Positions 6,375 through 15,909 of a DNA stretch of 36,146 nucleotides are shown one piece after another; positions within the stretch are counted from its first letter, which is position 1, and the number at the start of each line of letters is the position of its first letter. The DNA is taken from IMG/VR virus record IMGVR_UViG_3300042870_001427, positions 1 through 36,146 of that record; one strand, given 5' to 3'. The translations under genes and the position numbers were made by a program. The notes beneath the pieces are model-generated. The model was not told where the DNA came from. It did no database searches and saw only the letters and a program-made list of their open reading frames with translations. The DNA is from a virus (taxonomy: Duplodnaviria; Heunggongvirae; Uroviricota; Caudoviricetes).

Positions 6375-8912
6375 ATGGCGTTTTATACTAATGTGCATTT
6401 GCACAAAAATGAGTTTCTTATTCGCGGCTATGAAGATGGCAGGCGTGTTCAATATACCGTGCCTTGTGAGCCCTGGCTTTTTACTAATGATAGAATAGGG
6501 CTTGATGAATACAAGACTCTAGACGGTAAGTCGGTTTATAAAAAGACCTTCAATAGTATATACGATGCCAGAAATTATGTGAGAGAGAATACGGGTGTAT
6601 CTGGTAAAGTCGTCTACGGAATGACTAACTGGGTATACCCTTTTATTAATGATCACTTCCCCGGTGTTATTGACTACGATGCTAAGTCAATTGCCGTAAC
6701 CACCATTGACATTGAGACAGACTCGAGTGGTGGCTTTCCTGATATTTCATTAGCTGATAAACAAGTAACAGCTATCACCCTCCGTAAAGGTGATAAGTCT
6801 GTTGTAATGGGTTACTTCCCATACGAGCCAGAATCAGATAACATAACATACATTCAATGCGATACCGAACAGGCGTTGCTGGAGATGTTCATTAAGTGTT
6901 GGAGATCGGAGCAATACAACCCAGATATTATCACCGGTTGGAATTGTGAGTTCTTCGACATGCCGTATCTTATTAATAGGATTACGCGCATCATTGGTCC
7001 AGAATCAGCCAAACGTCTCTCACCGTGGGGCATGTTGTCCGAGCGTGAGGTTGAGATCAATGGGCGCACCTTCAATATACCAATCATCGTTGGTATTACC
7101 ATTCTTGACTACCTACAGTTGTATCGTAAGTTCTCCTTTACCATGCAGGAGAGTTATAAACTCGACCACATTGCATTTGTAGTCTTAGGTGAACGTAAAT
7201 TGGACTACACCGAACTAGGTTATGAGAACCTGGATGAGTTTTATAGAAAAGACTTCCGTAATTACATTAACTATAACATCAGGGACGTAGACCTAGTATA
7301 TCGGATGGATGATAAACTCAAGTTCATCGATCAAGTATACGCACTGGCATATGACGGTAAGGTAAACTACCTGGATACGTTTACATCGGTACGTATGTGG
7401 GATGTTATCATACACAACTACCTTATCGACCATAAAATTGTTGTACCAATGTTTGACCCTGGTGAGAGGGAAGGACAAGAGGGTATTGAAGGTGCATATG
7501 TTAAAGACCCCCAGGTTGGGTTACATAAGTGGGTGGTATCGTTTGACCTTAACAGTCTGTATCCCCACCTCATCATGCAGTACAACATTAGCCCTGAAAC
7601 GTATAAGGGAATGTTTGCCTCCCTAAACACCGATACCGGTGTCGACAAGATTCTTAACGGTGCATTAAACGATATAGGTATTCGTCGGGAGATGCTTGCC
7701 CAGAATTATACCGTGGCTGCAACTGGTTGTTACTTCGATCGAGATAGACAAGGCTTCTTACCTAAGCTAATGGAGAAGATGTACAACGATCGAGTGCATT
7801 TCAAGAATGAAATGATTGCAGCAAAGAAGAAGTACGAGGCAAATCCTAGCTACGAGTTTGAGAAAGAGATCTCACGTTGCCACAATATGCAGCTGGCCAA
7901 GAAGATTCAACTTAACTCAGCTTATGGAGCCCTTGGTAATAGGTTCTTTAGATGGTTCGATCCTAAGTACGCCGAGTCGATTACCAAGTCCGGTCAGTTA
8001 TCTATCCGCTGGATGGAAGAACGTATTAACAAGTATTTGAATAAAATACTTAAAACTGATAATAGAGACTATGTAATAGCGGTTGATACTGACTCCATGT
8101 ACATAACCTTGGATAGCCTGGTGCAACAGGTCATGCCAAAGGCTGATAACGATAAGGTGGTTAAGTTTCTAGATGAAGTGTGTGAGAAGAAACTAGAACC
8201 ATACATTGATAAATGCTATGATGAGTTAGCAGTCTACGTAAATGCTTACTCACAGAAGATGAAGATGAAGCGTGAGGCAATTGCCAACAAGGGCATCTTT
8301 ACTGCTAAGAAGAGATACATCTTAAACGTGTATAATAACGAAGGTGTTCAGTATACCGAACCTAAGTTAAAGATGATGGGTATTGAGGCGGTTCGCTCCT
8401 CAACCCCGGCTGCTATTAGATCCAATTTCAAAGAGGCTATCATCATTATTATGAATAGTAGTGAAGAGGACTTACAGCAGTACGTGGCAAGACAGAGGGA
8501 AGAGTTTAAAAAGCTTCCGTACGAAGATGTTGCATTTCCGAGAGGGTGTAAGGAGTTAGAGAAATGGCAAGACATTAACTCCGGTGGTAAGATATTTAAA
8601 CTAGGTACACCTATGCACGTTAAAGGGGCTATATTGTATAACTTCTTTATCAAGCAAAAGAAGCTTGAGTCAAAGTATGAAGTTGTGCATCGTGGTTCAA
8701 AGGTTAAGTTCTGCTATCTAAAGATGCCTAACTACCTCGGCGAACATGTTATTGCCACTCCAGGCAAATTACCTAAAGAATTAGAGCTCGATCATCTGAT
8801 CGATTACGACAAACAATTCGACAAAGCCTTCCTTGAACCACTTGGTACCATCTTAGGTGTCATAGGATGGGAGGCTGAAAAACGAAGCACACTAGAAGGA
8901 TTCTTTCTATGA
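6375..8912 (+). CDS. 43: family B DNA polymerase (T4 gp43-like)
   Basis: ExoI DIET, ExoII GWNCEFFD, polymerase motifs DLNSLYP, KIQLNSAYG, DTDS, KKRY; C-terminal clamp-binding-like TLEGFF. Confidence 0.97.
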   Translation: MAFYTNVHLHKNEFLIRGYEDGRRVQYTVPCEPWLFTNDRIGLDEYKTLDGKSVYKKTFNSIYDARNYVRENTGVSGKVVYGMTNWVYPFINDHFPGVIDYDAKSIAVTTIDIETDSSGGFPDISLADKQVTAITLRKGDKSVVMGYFPYEPESDNITYIQCDTEQALLEMFIKCWRSEQYNPDIITGWNCEFFDMPYLINRITRIIGPESAKRLSPWGMLSEREVEINGRTFNIPIIVGITILDYLQLYRKFSFTMQESYKLDHIAFVVLGERKLDYTELGYENLDEFYRKDFRNYINYNIRDVDLVYRMDDKLKFIDQVYALAYDGKVNYLDTFTSVRMWDVIIHNYLIDHKIVVPMFDPGEREGQEGIEGAYVKDPQVGLHKWVVSFDLNSLYPHLIMQYNISPETYKGMFASLNTDTGVDKILNGALNDIGIRREMLAQNYTVAATGCYFDRDRQGFLPKLMEKMYNDRVHFKNEMIAAKKKYEANPSYEFEKEISRCHNMQLAKKIQLNSAYGALGNRFFRWFDPKYAESITKSGQLSIRWMEERINKYLNKILKTDNRDYVIAVDTDSMYITLDSLVQQVMPKADNDKVVKFLDEVCEKKLEPYIDKCYDELAVYVNAYSQKMKMKREAIANKGIFTAKKRYILNVYNNEGVQYTEPKLKMMGIEAVRSSTPAAIRSNFKEAIIIIMNSSEEDLQQYVARQREEFKKLPYEDVAFPRGCKELEKWQDINSGGKIFKLGTPMHVKGAILYNFFIKQKKLESKYEVVHRGSKVKFCYLKMPNYLGEHVIATPGKLPKELELDHLIDYDKQFDKAFLEPLGTILGVIGWEAEKRSTLEGFFL

Positions 8913-9160
8913 GTAACCCAGAAGACGATTTTGACTTTGGTTTTACAACCGTCAGTGAGGAAGTAATTACTAAAGGTCAGCAAGAGTTGAACACCCAATT
9001 ACAACAATTATATAATGCTATTATTCCTTTGCTTAAAAACCTCCAAGCAAACCCCGACAAGGAATACATCCTCTGGCCCAACAGGGTCGAAAAGGTTAAG
9101 GAATTTAAAGCAAAGATCGATTCTATTGTCGGTGATTCAGTTACAAAGAAAAAATTATGA
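8909..9160 (+). CDS. hypothetical protein
   Basis: 83 aa, DFGFT and YILWPNR motifs; ATGA-coupled to gp43. Confidence 0.75.
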   Translation: MSNPEDDFDFGFTTVSEEVITKGQQELNTQLQQLYNAIIPLLKNLQANPDKEYILWPNRVEKVKEFKAKIDSIVGDSVTKKKL

Positions 9161-9342
9161 GTAATGACTTCGAAGTACACGCCATAGGTACATCTACAGA
9201 ATTAAGACTGTCACGTGACCTGTCTAGAGAGATAGCACAAACATTACACCAATTCGGTGAAGTGTTGCCTAGTAATGTGAGATTAGCGTATAATAGGCTT
9301 AATGAGCATTATGCCAAACAAATTCAAATGGAGAACATATGA
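9157..9342 (+). CDS. hypothetical protein
   Basis: 61 aa, ATGA-coupled on both sides. Confidence 0.65.
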   Translation: MSNDFEVHAIGTSTELRLSRDLSREIAQTLHQFGEVLPSNVRLAYNRLNEHYAKQIQMENI

Positions 9343-9518
9343 AAAAACCTAAGATTGTTAAGTACGAGGAAGCCCCTTATAAACAAGGCTACGATCAAGC
9401 ATTAGCAGGTACAAAATATTCTAACCCTTATGAAAATGTAGATGGTGAAGAGGCTGATGCTGAGGATTTTGAGCGCGGGTTTAACAATGGTATAGAATTA
9501 TTTGAGGAAACAGAATGA
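9339..9518 (+). CDS. RMF (ribosome modulation factor)-fold-like microprotein, 59 aa; not in ORF track
   Basis: GGAG SD, ATGA-coupled on both sides; [59 protein letters not shown]; GY....AG....xPY...(W/F)..G(W/F) pattern. Confidence 0.55.
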   Translation: MKKPKIVKYEEAPYKQGYDQALAGTKYSNPYENVDGEEADAEDFERGFNNGIELFEETE

Positions 9519-10558
9519 GTTTTTTTAGAGACCTTATTAACGAGATAAAAGATGAAGATACTTCTATTGCCGCTGACGGTGCCGGCTCTGCTGAGTTTGG
9601 TGGTTTTATTGATACTGGCAGCTATATTCTCAACGGTGTTCTCTCTGGTAGCCTCTATGGCGGCGTACCTGATAACAAAATTACTGCTTTTGCAGGAGAA
9701 TCTGCTACTGGTAAAACTTACTTCGTTCTTGGTATCGTTAGAGCCTTCCTTGACAAGAACCCAGAAGGAGCAGTCGTCTACTACGACACCGAGGCCGCAG
9801 TCACCAAGGGAATGATGGAAGCAAGAGGCATAGATACTAACCGTGTTATTTTGGCCGAACCTGATACAATTCAAAAGTTTCGAACTCATGCATTGAAGAT
9901 GCTTGAGGCGTATGATAAACACCCCCTGGGCAAACGACCACCAATGATGATGGTGTTAGACAGCCTAGGATTACTATCAACCACCAAGGAGATGGAAGAT
10001 AGTACCGAGGGTAAAGAAACACGTGATATGACAAAGGCCCAAACCATTAAGGCCGCATTCCGTGTCTTGACACTCAAGCTTGCAAAAGTTAAAGTGCCAA
10101 TGCTTGTGACCAATCACGTTTACGAGATGGTCGGTTCTTACATACCTCAAAAGGAGATGGGCGGTGGTTCAGGACTCAAATACGCAGCTAGCACGATTGC
10201 TTACCTCGGAAAAAAGAAGGAAAGAGATGGAGACGAGATCGTTGGCAATATTATCAAAGTCAACATGCACAAATCCAGACTCTCAAAAGAGAATTGCAAA
10301 GTCGAAGTGCTTCTTACTTACGACAAAGGCCTCGACAAATACTATGGTCTTTTAGACTTAGCTGAAAAGCATAAGATCTTTAATAAGGTATCTACACGGT
10401 ATGAACTACCTGATGGGTCAAAGGTTTTTGGTAAGACTATTAACGAGAACCCAGAGAAGTATTTCACTGAAGAAATCATGGCAAGGCTTGAAGAGGCCGC
10501 TAAAACTGAATTTAGTTATGGAGTAAATGATGGGCAATTACAAGACAGTGACGGTTGA
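9515..10558 (+). CDS. uvsX: RecA-like recombinase UvsX
   Basis: Walker [14 protein letters not shown], Walker B VLDSLG, MGGGSG; typical position after gp43. Confidence 0.95.
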   Translation: MSFFRDLINEIKDEDTSIAADGAGSAEFGGFIDTGSYILNGVLSGSLYGGVPDNKITAFAGESATGKTYFVLGIVRAFLDKNPEGAVVYYDTEAAVTKGMMEARGIDTNRVILAEPDTIQKFRTHALKMLEAYDKHPLGKRPPMMMVLDSLGLLSTTKEMEDSTEGKETRDMTKAQTIKAAFRVLTLKLAKVKVPMLVTNHVYEMVGSYIPQKEMGGGSGLKYAASTIAYLGKKKERDGDEIVGNIIKVNMHKSRLSKENCKVEVLLTYDKGLDKYYGLLDLAEKHKIFNKVSTRYELPDGSKVFGKTINENPEKYFTEEIMARLEEAAKTEFSYGVNDGQLQDSDG

Positions 10559-10745
10559 TGTAGATATTGAACTGGATAGCTTTGATGACGATGACATCAG
10601 AGAAGAGTATATTTCCAGATTTGGTGTCGGCGGTGGCGGCGGTGACTGGTCACAAATATACGAAAAAAGACGTAGTTTATCCCGTGAGAACTTTCTTGCA
10701 TGGTTAGATATTATTATACAGAATAAAACGGGCCGTATTCTGTGA
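10527..10745 (+). CDS. hypothetical protein
   Basis: 72 aa acidic ORF with GGAG SD. Confidence 0.6.
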   Translation: MMGNYKTVTVDVDIELDSFDDDDIREEYISRFGVGGGGGDWSQIYEKRRSLSRENFLAWLDIIIQNKTGRIL

Positions 10746-11902
10746 GTAGTGATATTAGTCAAATCTTTAGAGAGTTAAGAATGATAGGTCTTTCGCCTTC
10801 AATGCACTGGCCACCTCCATCACTTAAAGGCAAACGATCTTTGAATAGAAGAAGACGGTCGAGATTTTTTAAGAAGTATACATGGGATGCTTTGGATACA
10901 GGAAAAAGAGATATGAGTACAAGTGATATATTTTTAGGTGCGTCTGACGTCAGTGATTACATTACCGGTCAGATGATGTTTGATCGTAATGAGAGGGCTA
11001 TTGAGACCCATCATAAAGAGTTTACTCTTATTGCTACAAGAGTGGAATGGCATAAGGTTGTAGTTACCAGCAAACTCAGATTTATTCAAATCCGTGAAGA
11101 TGTTGGGCTTATGATTGAAGATGAAACTAAGTCATACGTTGAGTACAGCATTAACTCATCTTCCATCGTCATTAAGATCTGGGGTGACTCAGACTTTGTT
11201 TACTCTTGGTATTATAAACTAGCCGAGCAGTTCGAAGAAGTAAAGAATGTAATTGAATGGATTTACAGCGGGGATGGACAGAGTATTGATGTACCTGTAC
11301 GCGCCGATAGAGTACCTGTAGAGGAGATGTACCCCTTTCTAAACGGGGAATCTCTTGGAGACTACTATGATCGCTTTCTAAGCTCATCAGCCTCTATCCT
11401 GCTTTTGATCGGACCACCAGGTACTGGTAAGACAACCTTCATCCGTGGGCTTTTGCAGCACGCAGAACTATCTGCAATGGTTACTTACGATACCAGTATC
11501 CTTTCAAAGGACCATATCTTCGCCAACTTCATTGAAGGTGATCGTAACGTAATGATTATTGAGGATGCAGATAACTTCCTAGGTGCACGTAGTGATGGTA
11601 ATGACTTCATGCATAAGTTCCTTAACGTTGGTGACGGGTTAGTCACTACAAAGAACAAGAAGATGATCTTTTCAACCAACCTACCTTCTATCCGTGACGT
11701 AGACCCAGCCCTTATTCGTCCAGGTCGTTGTTTTGATATTCTCAACTTTGACACCCTTAATGACGAGCAAGCTACTAAGTTGGCTGCCCGTCTAGAAGTA
11801 AATCTGGAACGTAAAGATGACGGTAAGTACAGCATTGCTGATATCTTCCACAAACAAGTCGAGGCACCTAAAGCACAGAGACGTAAGGTGGGGTTTGTAT
11901 GA
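10742..11902 (+). CDS. AAA+ ATPase (start may be ATG 10913)
   Basis: Walker A GPPGTGKT, Walker B MIIEDAD, SRH STN...DPALIRPGRCFD, C-terminal KVGF. Confidence 0.9.
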   Translation: MSSDISQIFRELRMIGLSPSMHWPPPSLKGKRSLNRRRRSRFFKKYTWDALDTGKRDMSTSDIFLGASDVSDYITGQMMFDRNERAIETHHKEFTLIATRVEWHKVVVTSKLRFIQIREDVGLMIEDETKSYVEYSINSSSIVIKIWGDSDFVYSWYYKLAEQFEEVKNVIEWIYSGDGQSIDVPVRADRVPVEEMYPFLNGESLGDYYDRFLSSSASILLLIGPPGTGKTTFIRGLLQHAELSAMVTYDTSILSKDHIFANFIEGDRNVMIIEDADNFLGARSDGNDFMHKFLNVGDGLVTTKNKKMIFSTNLPSIRDVDPALIRPGRCFDILNFDTLNDEQATKLAARLEVNLERKDDGKYSIADIFHKQVEAPKAQRRKVGFV

Positions 11903-12117
11903 GGACCTTTATAGTTGAATACTCGTCAGAGGGAAATCAATTTGAAGGTGAGATGGTTATACAATCCAATACCCTGTCTCATGCACAGGATAGATTTTTA
12001 ACATGGCTTAAATTCGAATCACATTGGCAGCATCTCTGGCAGTTGAGTTTCAAGTTTAGAGAGGTTAAAATGTGTATGTTGGGATTGCCATTACAAACAG
12101 ATACAAAAGATGATTGA
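11899..12117 (+). CDS. hypothetical protein
   Basis: 72 aa, coupled overlaps at both ends. Confidence 0.6.
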   Translation: MRTFIVEYSSEGNQFEGEMVIQSNTLSHAQDRFLTWLKFESHWQHLWQLSFKFREVKMCMLGLPLQTDTKDD

Positions 12118-13498
12118 ACAGTTAATTTTTAGTAACTTAATTTTCAATGAGACTTATGCCCGTAAGTCTCTTCCTTTTTTAAAGGATGATTACTTTCAAT
12201 CCCGTACCGATAAGACTCTATTTAATCTGGTATCGGACTATGTTGAGAAGTACAATAGCCTTCCTACAAAGGAGGCGCTTGCAATTGAAATTAGCAATGT
12301 TAAAGGGCTGAGTGATGATGAAGTTAAACTTCTTAAACAGCAAGTAACCGATGTAAGTGAAGATAAGACCGATATTGAATGGTTGTACGACCAGACGGAA
12401 AAATTCTGTCAAGACAAGGCCGTATATAATGCGGTCATGGATTCAATTAATATCTTAGACGGTAAGGGTGGTCAAGACAAGGGTGCAATTCCAGACATCC
12501 TATCTAAAGCACTTGCTGTTTCATTTGATACTCATATTGGTCACGATTTCTTAGAGGACTCTGACGAACGATATGAATATTATCACCGTAAGGAGTCGCG
12601 GCTACCTTTTGACTTAGATTACTTTAATCTTATCACTAAAGGTGGATTGCCAAAGAAGACTCTTAATATTGCATTAGCCGGTACCGGGGTTGGTAAGTCT
12701 CTATTCATGTGCCACTGCGCCGCGGCCAATCTCAGCCAAGGAAGCAATGTGTTGTACATCACAATGGAGATGGCTGAGGAGAAGATAGCTGAACGTATAG
12801 ATGCCAACCTCCTAAATGAAGCCATCGATATGCTATCCATGCTTCCTAAAGATGTGTATGATAAGAAAATCGAACGAATTAAAAGTAAGACACCAGGTAA
12901 ATTGATCATTAAGGAATACCCTACAGCATCGGCTGGTTCTAATCATTTTAGACATTTACTTAACGAACTTAAATTAAAGCGTAACTTTAAACCAGATATC
13001 ATCTACATTGACTATCTTAATATCTGTATGTCATCCAGACTTAAGTTCGGGGCCAATGTTAACTCGTATACTTACGTTAAGTCAATAGCCGAGGAGTTAA
13101 GAGGATTGGCAGTAGAGTTCAATGTACCTATTGTATCTGCAACTCAGACCACGCGCTCGGGTTATTCTAATACCGATGTTGGTTTGGAAGATACGAGCGA
13201 ATCCTTTGGATTGCCTGCAACTGCTGACCTTATGTTCGCACTCATTACGTCTGAGGAATTGGAAGGTCTTGGACAAATTATGGTTAAACAGTTAAAGAAT
13301 AGATATAATGATCCGTTCTTTCATAGGAAATTTGTGGTCGGTGTAGACAAGTCTAAGATGAAACTATATAATGTAGAGCAATCTGCCCAAGACGATATAT
13401 CAGACGACAAGCCCCTTTTTGATAGTACTGACACTGGAAACAGGCTGAAGGCAGAGAATAAAAAATTTAACAAGGATGTATTCTCAGGATTTCAGTAA
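12110..13498 (+). CDS. 41: DnaB-like replicative helicase (T4 gp41-like)
   Basis: Walker A AGTGVGKS, ITMEM, IYIDYL, SATQTTR, ESFGLPATAD, QLKNRY. Confidence 0.96.
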   Translation: MIEQLIFSNLIFNETYARKSLPFLKDDYFQSRTDKTLFNLVSDYVEKYNSLPTKEALAIEISNVKGLSDDEVKLLKQQVTDVSEDKTDIEWLYDQTEKFCQDKAVYNAVMDSINILDGKGGQDKGAIPDILSKALAVSFDTHIGHDFLEDSDERYEYYHRKESRLPFDLDYFNLITKGGLPKKTLNIALAGTGVGKSLFMCHCAAANLSQGSNVLYITMEMAEEKIAERIDANLLNEAIDMLSMLPKDVYDKKIERIKSKTPGKLIIKEYPTASAGSNHFRHLLNELKLKRNFKPDIIYIDYLNICMSSRLKFGANVNSYTYVKSIAEELRGLAVEFNVPIVSATQTTRSGYSNTDVGLEDTSESFGLPATADLMFALITSEELEGLGQIMVKQLKNRYNDPFFHRKFVVGVDKSKMKLYNVEQSAQDDISDDKPLFDSTDTGNRLKAENKKFNKDVFSGFQ

Positions 13499-13662
13499 TG
13501 TCATTAATTCAAAAAGTTATAATATGGTGTATTTCTTTTCCTATCTCCCTTTTTGTGATCTCCGTGCTTTCGGCGTTAGAATATATCAACCTGGTGTTTA
13601 GCATGCCTTTAGATATCTGGAATATAATTAGCGGGGAAGTAGATGAAAAAGAAGACTCTTAG
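13498..13662 (+). CDS. 54 aa membrane protein; not in ORF track
   Basis: TAATG coupling; MSLIQKVIIWCISFPISLFVISVLSALEYINLVFSMPLDIWNIISGEVDEKEDS. Confidence 0.6.
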   Translation: MSLIQKVIIWCISFPISLFVISVLSALEYINLVFSMPLDIWNIISGEVDEKEDS

Positions 13663-13674
13663 ATATTCCAAACT

Positions 13675-13709
13675 CCATAAATATCCCTATAGAAAAGGGA
13701 ACCTTATGG
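13675..13709 (+). promoter_or_regulatory. late promoter inside SD/AUG-sequestering hairpin
   Basis: ATAAATA 13677-83; CCATAA/TTATGG and TCCCT/AGGGA arms. Confidence 0.6.
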
Positions 13710-14161
13710 AAGTTTCTGTTGAAGGTATTAGGTCTAAGAAGACAAAAAAACTTCTCGCTCAAGCGGCAGAATTTTACGGCGGGTTATTACTTAACAAACG
13801 TACCGCCAACATAGTTAATCTTACCATTAACCTTAAGCGTAAGCTTGATGGGGATGCTGAAGGTTATTGCCAGTATATGTCTCAATCCGTAGGTGTACGC
13901 GAATTTGATATAGAAATAGAAAAAGACAGACCTATTGATGAACTACTGGTTACCCTTGCCCATGAGATGGTTCATCTCAAACAATTTGCAACACGCGAAT
14001 TAACTAGTTCTCATGTACCTGCACATATATCAAGATGGCAGGGAAGGGAGGTAAATGAAAACCTCGTTAACTACTGGGATCTACCTTGGGAGATAGAAGC
14101 ACACGGTAGAGAACGAGGTCTCTTTTATCGATTTACCGACAAAGTCGATATCTACAAATAA
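13706..14161 (+). CDS. zincin-like (HExxH) metalloprotease-domain protein
   Basis: TLAHEMVHLKQ and distal PWEIEA; start at ATG 13706 after AAGGGA. Confidence 0.75.
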   Translation: MEVSVEGIRSKKTKKLLAQAAEFYGGLLLNKRTANIVNLTINLKRKLDGDAEGYCQYMSQSVGVREFDIEIEKDRPIDELLVTLAHEMVHLKQFATRELTSSHVPAHISRWQGREVNENLVNYWDLPWEIEAHGRERGLFYRFTDKVDIYK

Positions 14162-14527
14162 TTACTTCTTAGTAGGCTTACGGCCTCTTTTCTTTGGCGC
14201 AGCAGCAGGGGGTGCTTTAATAGCAGGTGCTGCCTTCTTTACCTCTTGTTTGACATGTGTAAGTTCTACAGGTGGCACCACTGGTTCTGGCGCCTTTACT
14301 ACAACTGGTGCAGGTTCTGGTGCCTTGACAGGTTCTGGTACTTTGACGGGTTCAGGTGTAGGAACAGCAGGCGATTCTGCATCCAATTTTTCCTCAGTCT
14401 TGATGATGAAGAGTGCAATAATTCCAATTAGTACACCAAACCCAAAAATTGCAAGGTTTGCATTAACAATACCTAGTAGAGCAACTAATACACCTGCAGC
14501 TAAAATTATATTTTTAAAATTAAACAT
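14162..14527 (-). CDS. membrane-anchored Pro-rich protein with basic tail
   Basis: Two N-terminal TM segments, PEPVK repeats, C-terminal KKRGRKPTKK; GGAG SD. Confidence 0.75.
   Translation of the reverse strand: MFNFKNIILAAGVLVALLGIVNANLAIFGFGVLIGIIALFIIKTEEKLDAESPAVPTPEPVKVPEPVKAPEPAPVVVKAPEPVVPPVELTHVKQEVKKAAPAIKAPPAAAPKKRGRKPTKK
14281..14357 (-). repeat. degenerate in-frame ~18 bp repeats encoding PEPVK(V/A)
   Basis: Recurrent GGTTC(T/A)GG on the + strand; protein PTPEPVKVPEPVKAPEPAPVVVKAPEPV. Confidence 0.55.
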
Positions 14528-14555
14528 AAAAACTCCAATTCAGTTTAAACACAAA

Positions 14556-14870
14556 TTATATAGCATTCTTTCTAGATATCTTAACATCAGCCTTTATAGT
14601 TTGTTTACAACTATTAGATCTATTCATAGAGGTTATGCTGATACTACCACCCTCACTGCACTTATATCTACAGACGTGAATGTTATTAGACGTAATAAAA
14701 TCTGCCTCTAACTCACAAGTAGCCTTAACTACCTCTGTATGCTTACCAGACTTACTATTTTCCCTTACCTCTGGCTGGGTAATATTAATGCCTACCTTAT
14801 ATTTGTCAGGTACTAAAGGTACTGCTATAGAAATAACTATTGCAGAATATAACAAGATTTTTTTAGACAT
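14556..14870 (-). CDS. exported or membrane-anchored protein with 4 Cys
   Basis: MSKKILLYSAIVISIAVPLV signal/anchor; C...CRYKC...C. Confidence 0.65.
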   Translation of the reverse strand: MSKKILLYSAIVISIAVPLVPDKYKVGINITQPEVRENSKSGKHTEVVKATCELEADFITSNNIHVCRYKCSEGGSISITSMNRSNSCKQTIKADVKISRKNAI

Positions 14871-14873
14871 TAA

Positions 14874-15017
14874 TTAGCTTTTAGTGTAAAAATAAACCCC
14901 CGCAAGCACTGCTAATGATATTAGTAAGAAAAATAAATATATTAATAAAATAAATTTTGAAAATCCTACATCATCAAATACCCATTCCAAAAACGTGTAT
15001 TTGTTATTGTTTTTCAT
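14874..15017 (-). CDS. 47 aa single-TM protein; not in ORF track
   Basis: MKNNNKYTFLEWVFDDVGFSKFILLIYLFFLLISLAVLAGVYFYTKS fills the gap in the reverse operon. Confidence 0.6.
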   Translation of the reverse strand: MKNNNKYTFLEWVFDDVGFSKFILLIYLFFLLISLAVLAGVYFYTKS

Positions 15018-15834
15018 TTTGAGGTATTATTAAATCCTTATTTTTTTGATAGTTTTGCTCATCAAGATATCGAATTGCATCTAAGATTTTTTCTTTTCTT
15101 AATTTTCTTTCTTTTTCTATTTCATCTTGATAGGTCTTTTGTTCTAATTCCGGCCATCTTCTTTTTTTATCATAGTGAATCCAGGTAAACATTAATCCCA
15201 TAACTGTAAAGACTGTTATTATACCTATTACTATTGCAACCTCAAAGTGAATGTTCTCCAATCTTTTTTTACGTCTAGCTGCCCTAATTGCGTCTTCTTT
15301 TTCTTTTATTACTCTAGCGACTTTTTGTTCTTCAATGATCCTACCGCGCATATCTTGGAACCGTGTCCATAGATCCTTAAGATCTGCCGGAACGTGGTAA
15401 ATCATTTGTTCGCGTAATTCTACCTCCATCTGTTCAAGTCTGGAGCGAATCAATACTCTTTGCAATGCCCTACGACTTAGTGATACATCGCCGGTATATA
15501 CTTCTTTAGCTTTCTTTTCTTCTTCATAAAACAGTTCTTCAATCTTATCCATTGCATCGAAGAATGTTCCTAGTTGATCACCAATAATAGACATAACATC
15601 ATTGGGATCTTTTTCTATGTCTGCTCTTACTTCTTTTTTCTTTTGTTCAAACTGCTGGCGCTGTTCCTTAGTTGGAGGCTTATCTTCATGCTTTTTAGCA
15701 AACTGCTTATCCAGGTCATCTAACACACCCTTTACATCACCGGCGGCTGATTTGATGTCTTTGTATAGTTGGCAGCCTTTCTTTATGGCGGCTACCGCGC
15801 CATTGGCAAGGGCAAGGAGGGTAAGTGGATCCAT
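15004..15834 (-). CDS. coiled-coil protein with C-proximal TM helix
   Basis: 276 aa; hydrophobic/amphipathic N-terminus MDPLTLLALANGAVAAIKKG, long charged helices, TM VAIVIGIITVFTVMGLMFTWI. Confidence 0.8.
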   Translation of the reverse strand: MDPLTLLALANGAVAAIKKGCQLYKDIKSAAGDVKGVLDDLDKQFAKKHEDKPPTKEQRQQFEQKKKEVRADIEKDPNDVMSIIGDQLGTFFDAMDKIEELFYEEEKKAKEVYTGDVSLSRRALQRVLIRSRLEQMEVELREQMIYHVPADLKDLWTRFQDMRGRIIEEQKVARVIKEKEDAIRAARRKKRLENIHFEVAIVIGIITVFTVMGLMFTWIHYDKKRRWPELEQKTYQDEIEKERKLRKEKILDAIRYLDEQNYQKNKDLIIPQNEKQ

Positions 15835-15869
15835 GATTCTATAAAATTTTGCATTATAAAATCACCAGC

Positions 15870-15898
15870 TTGCTATATTTTTCAATCTACACTATAAT
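15870..15898 (+). promoter_or_regulatory. sigma70-type promoter
   Basis: TTGCTA (15870-75), 17 bp, TATAAT (15893-98). Confidence 0.65.
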
Positions 15899-15909
15899 AG
15901 TATATCACT

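Noticed and set aside
10623-10643. GGN run (ggtgtcggcggtggcggcggt) as a contingency repeat
   Set aside because: Short Gly linker with mixed codons, not a pure slippage tract
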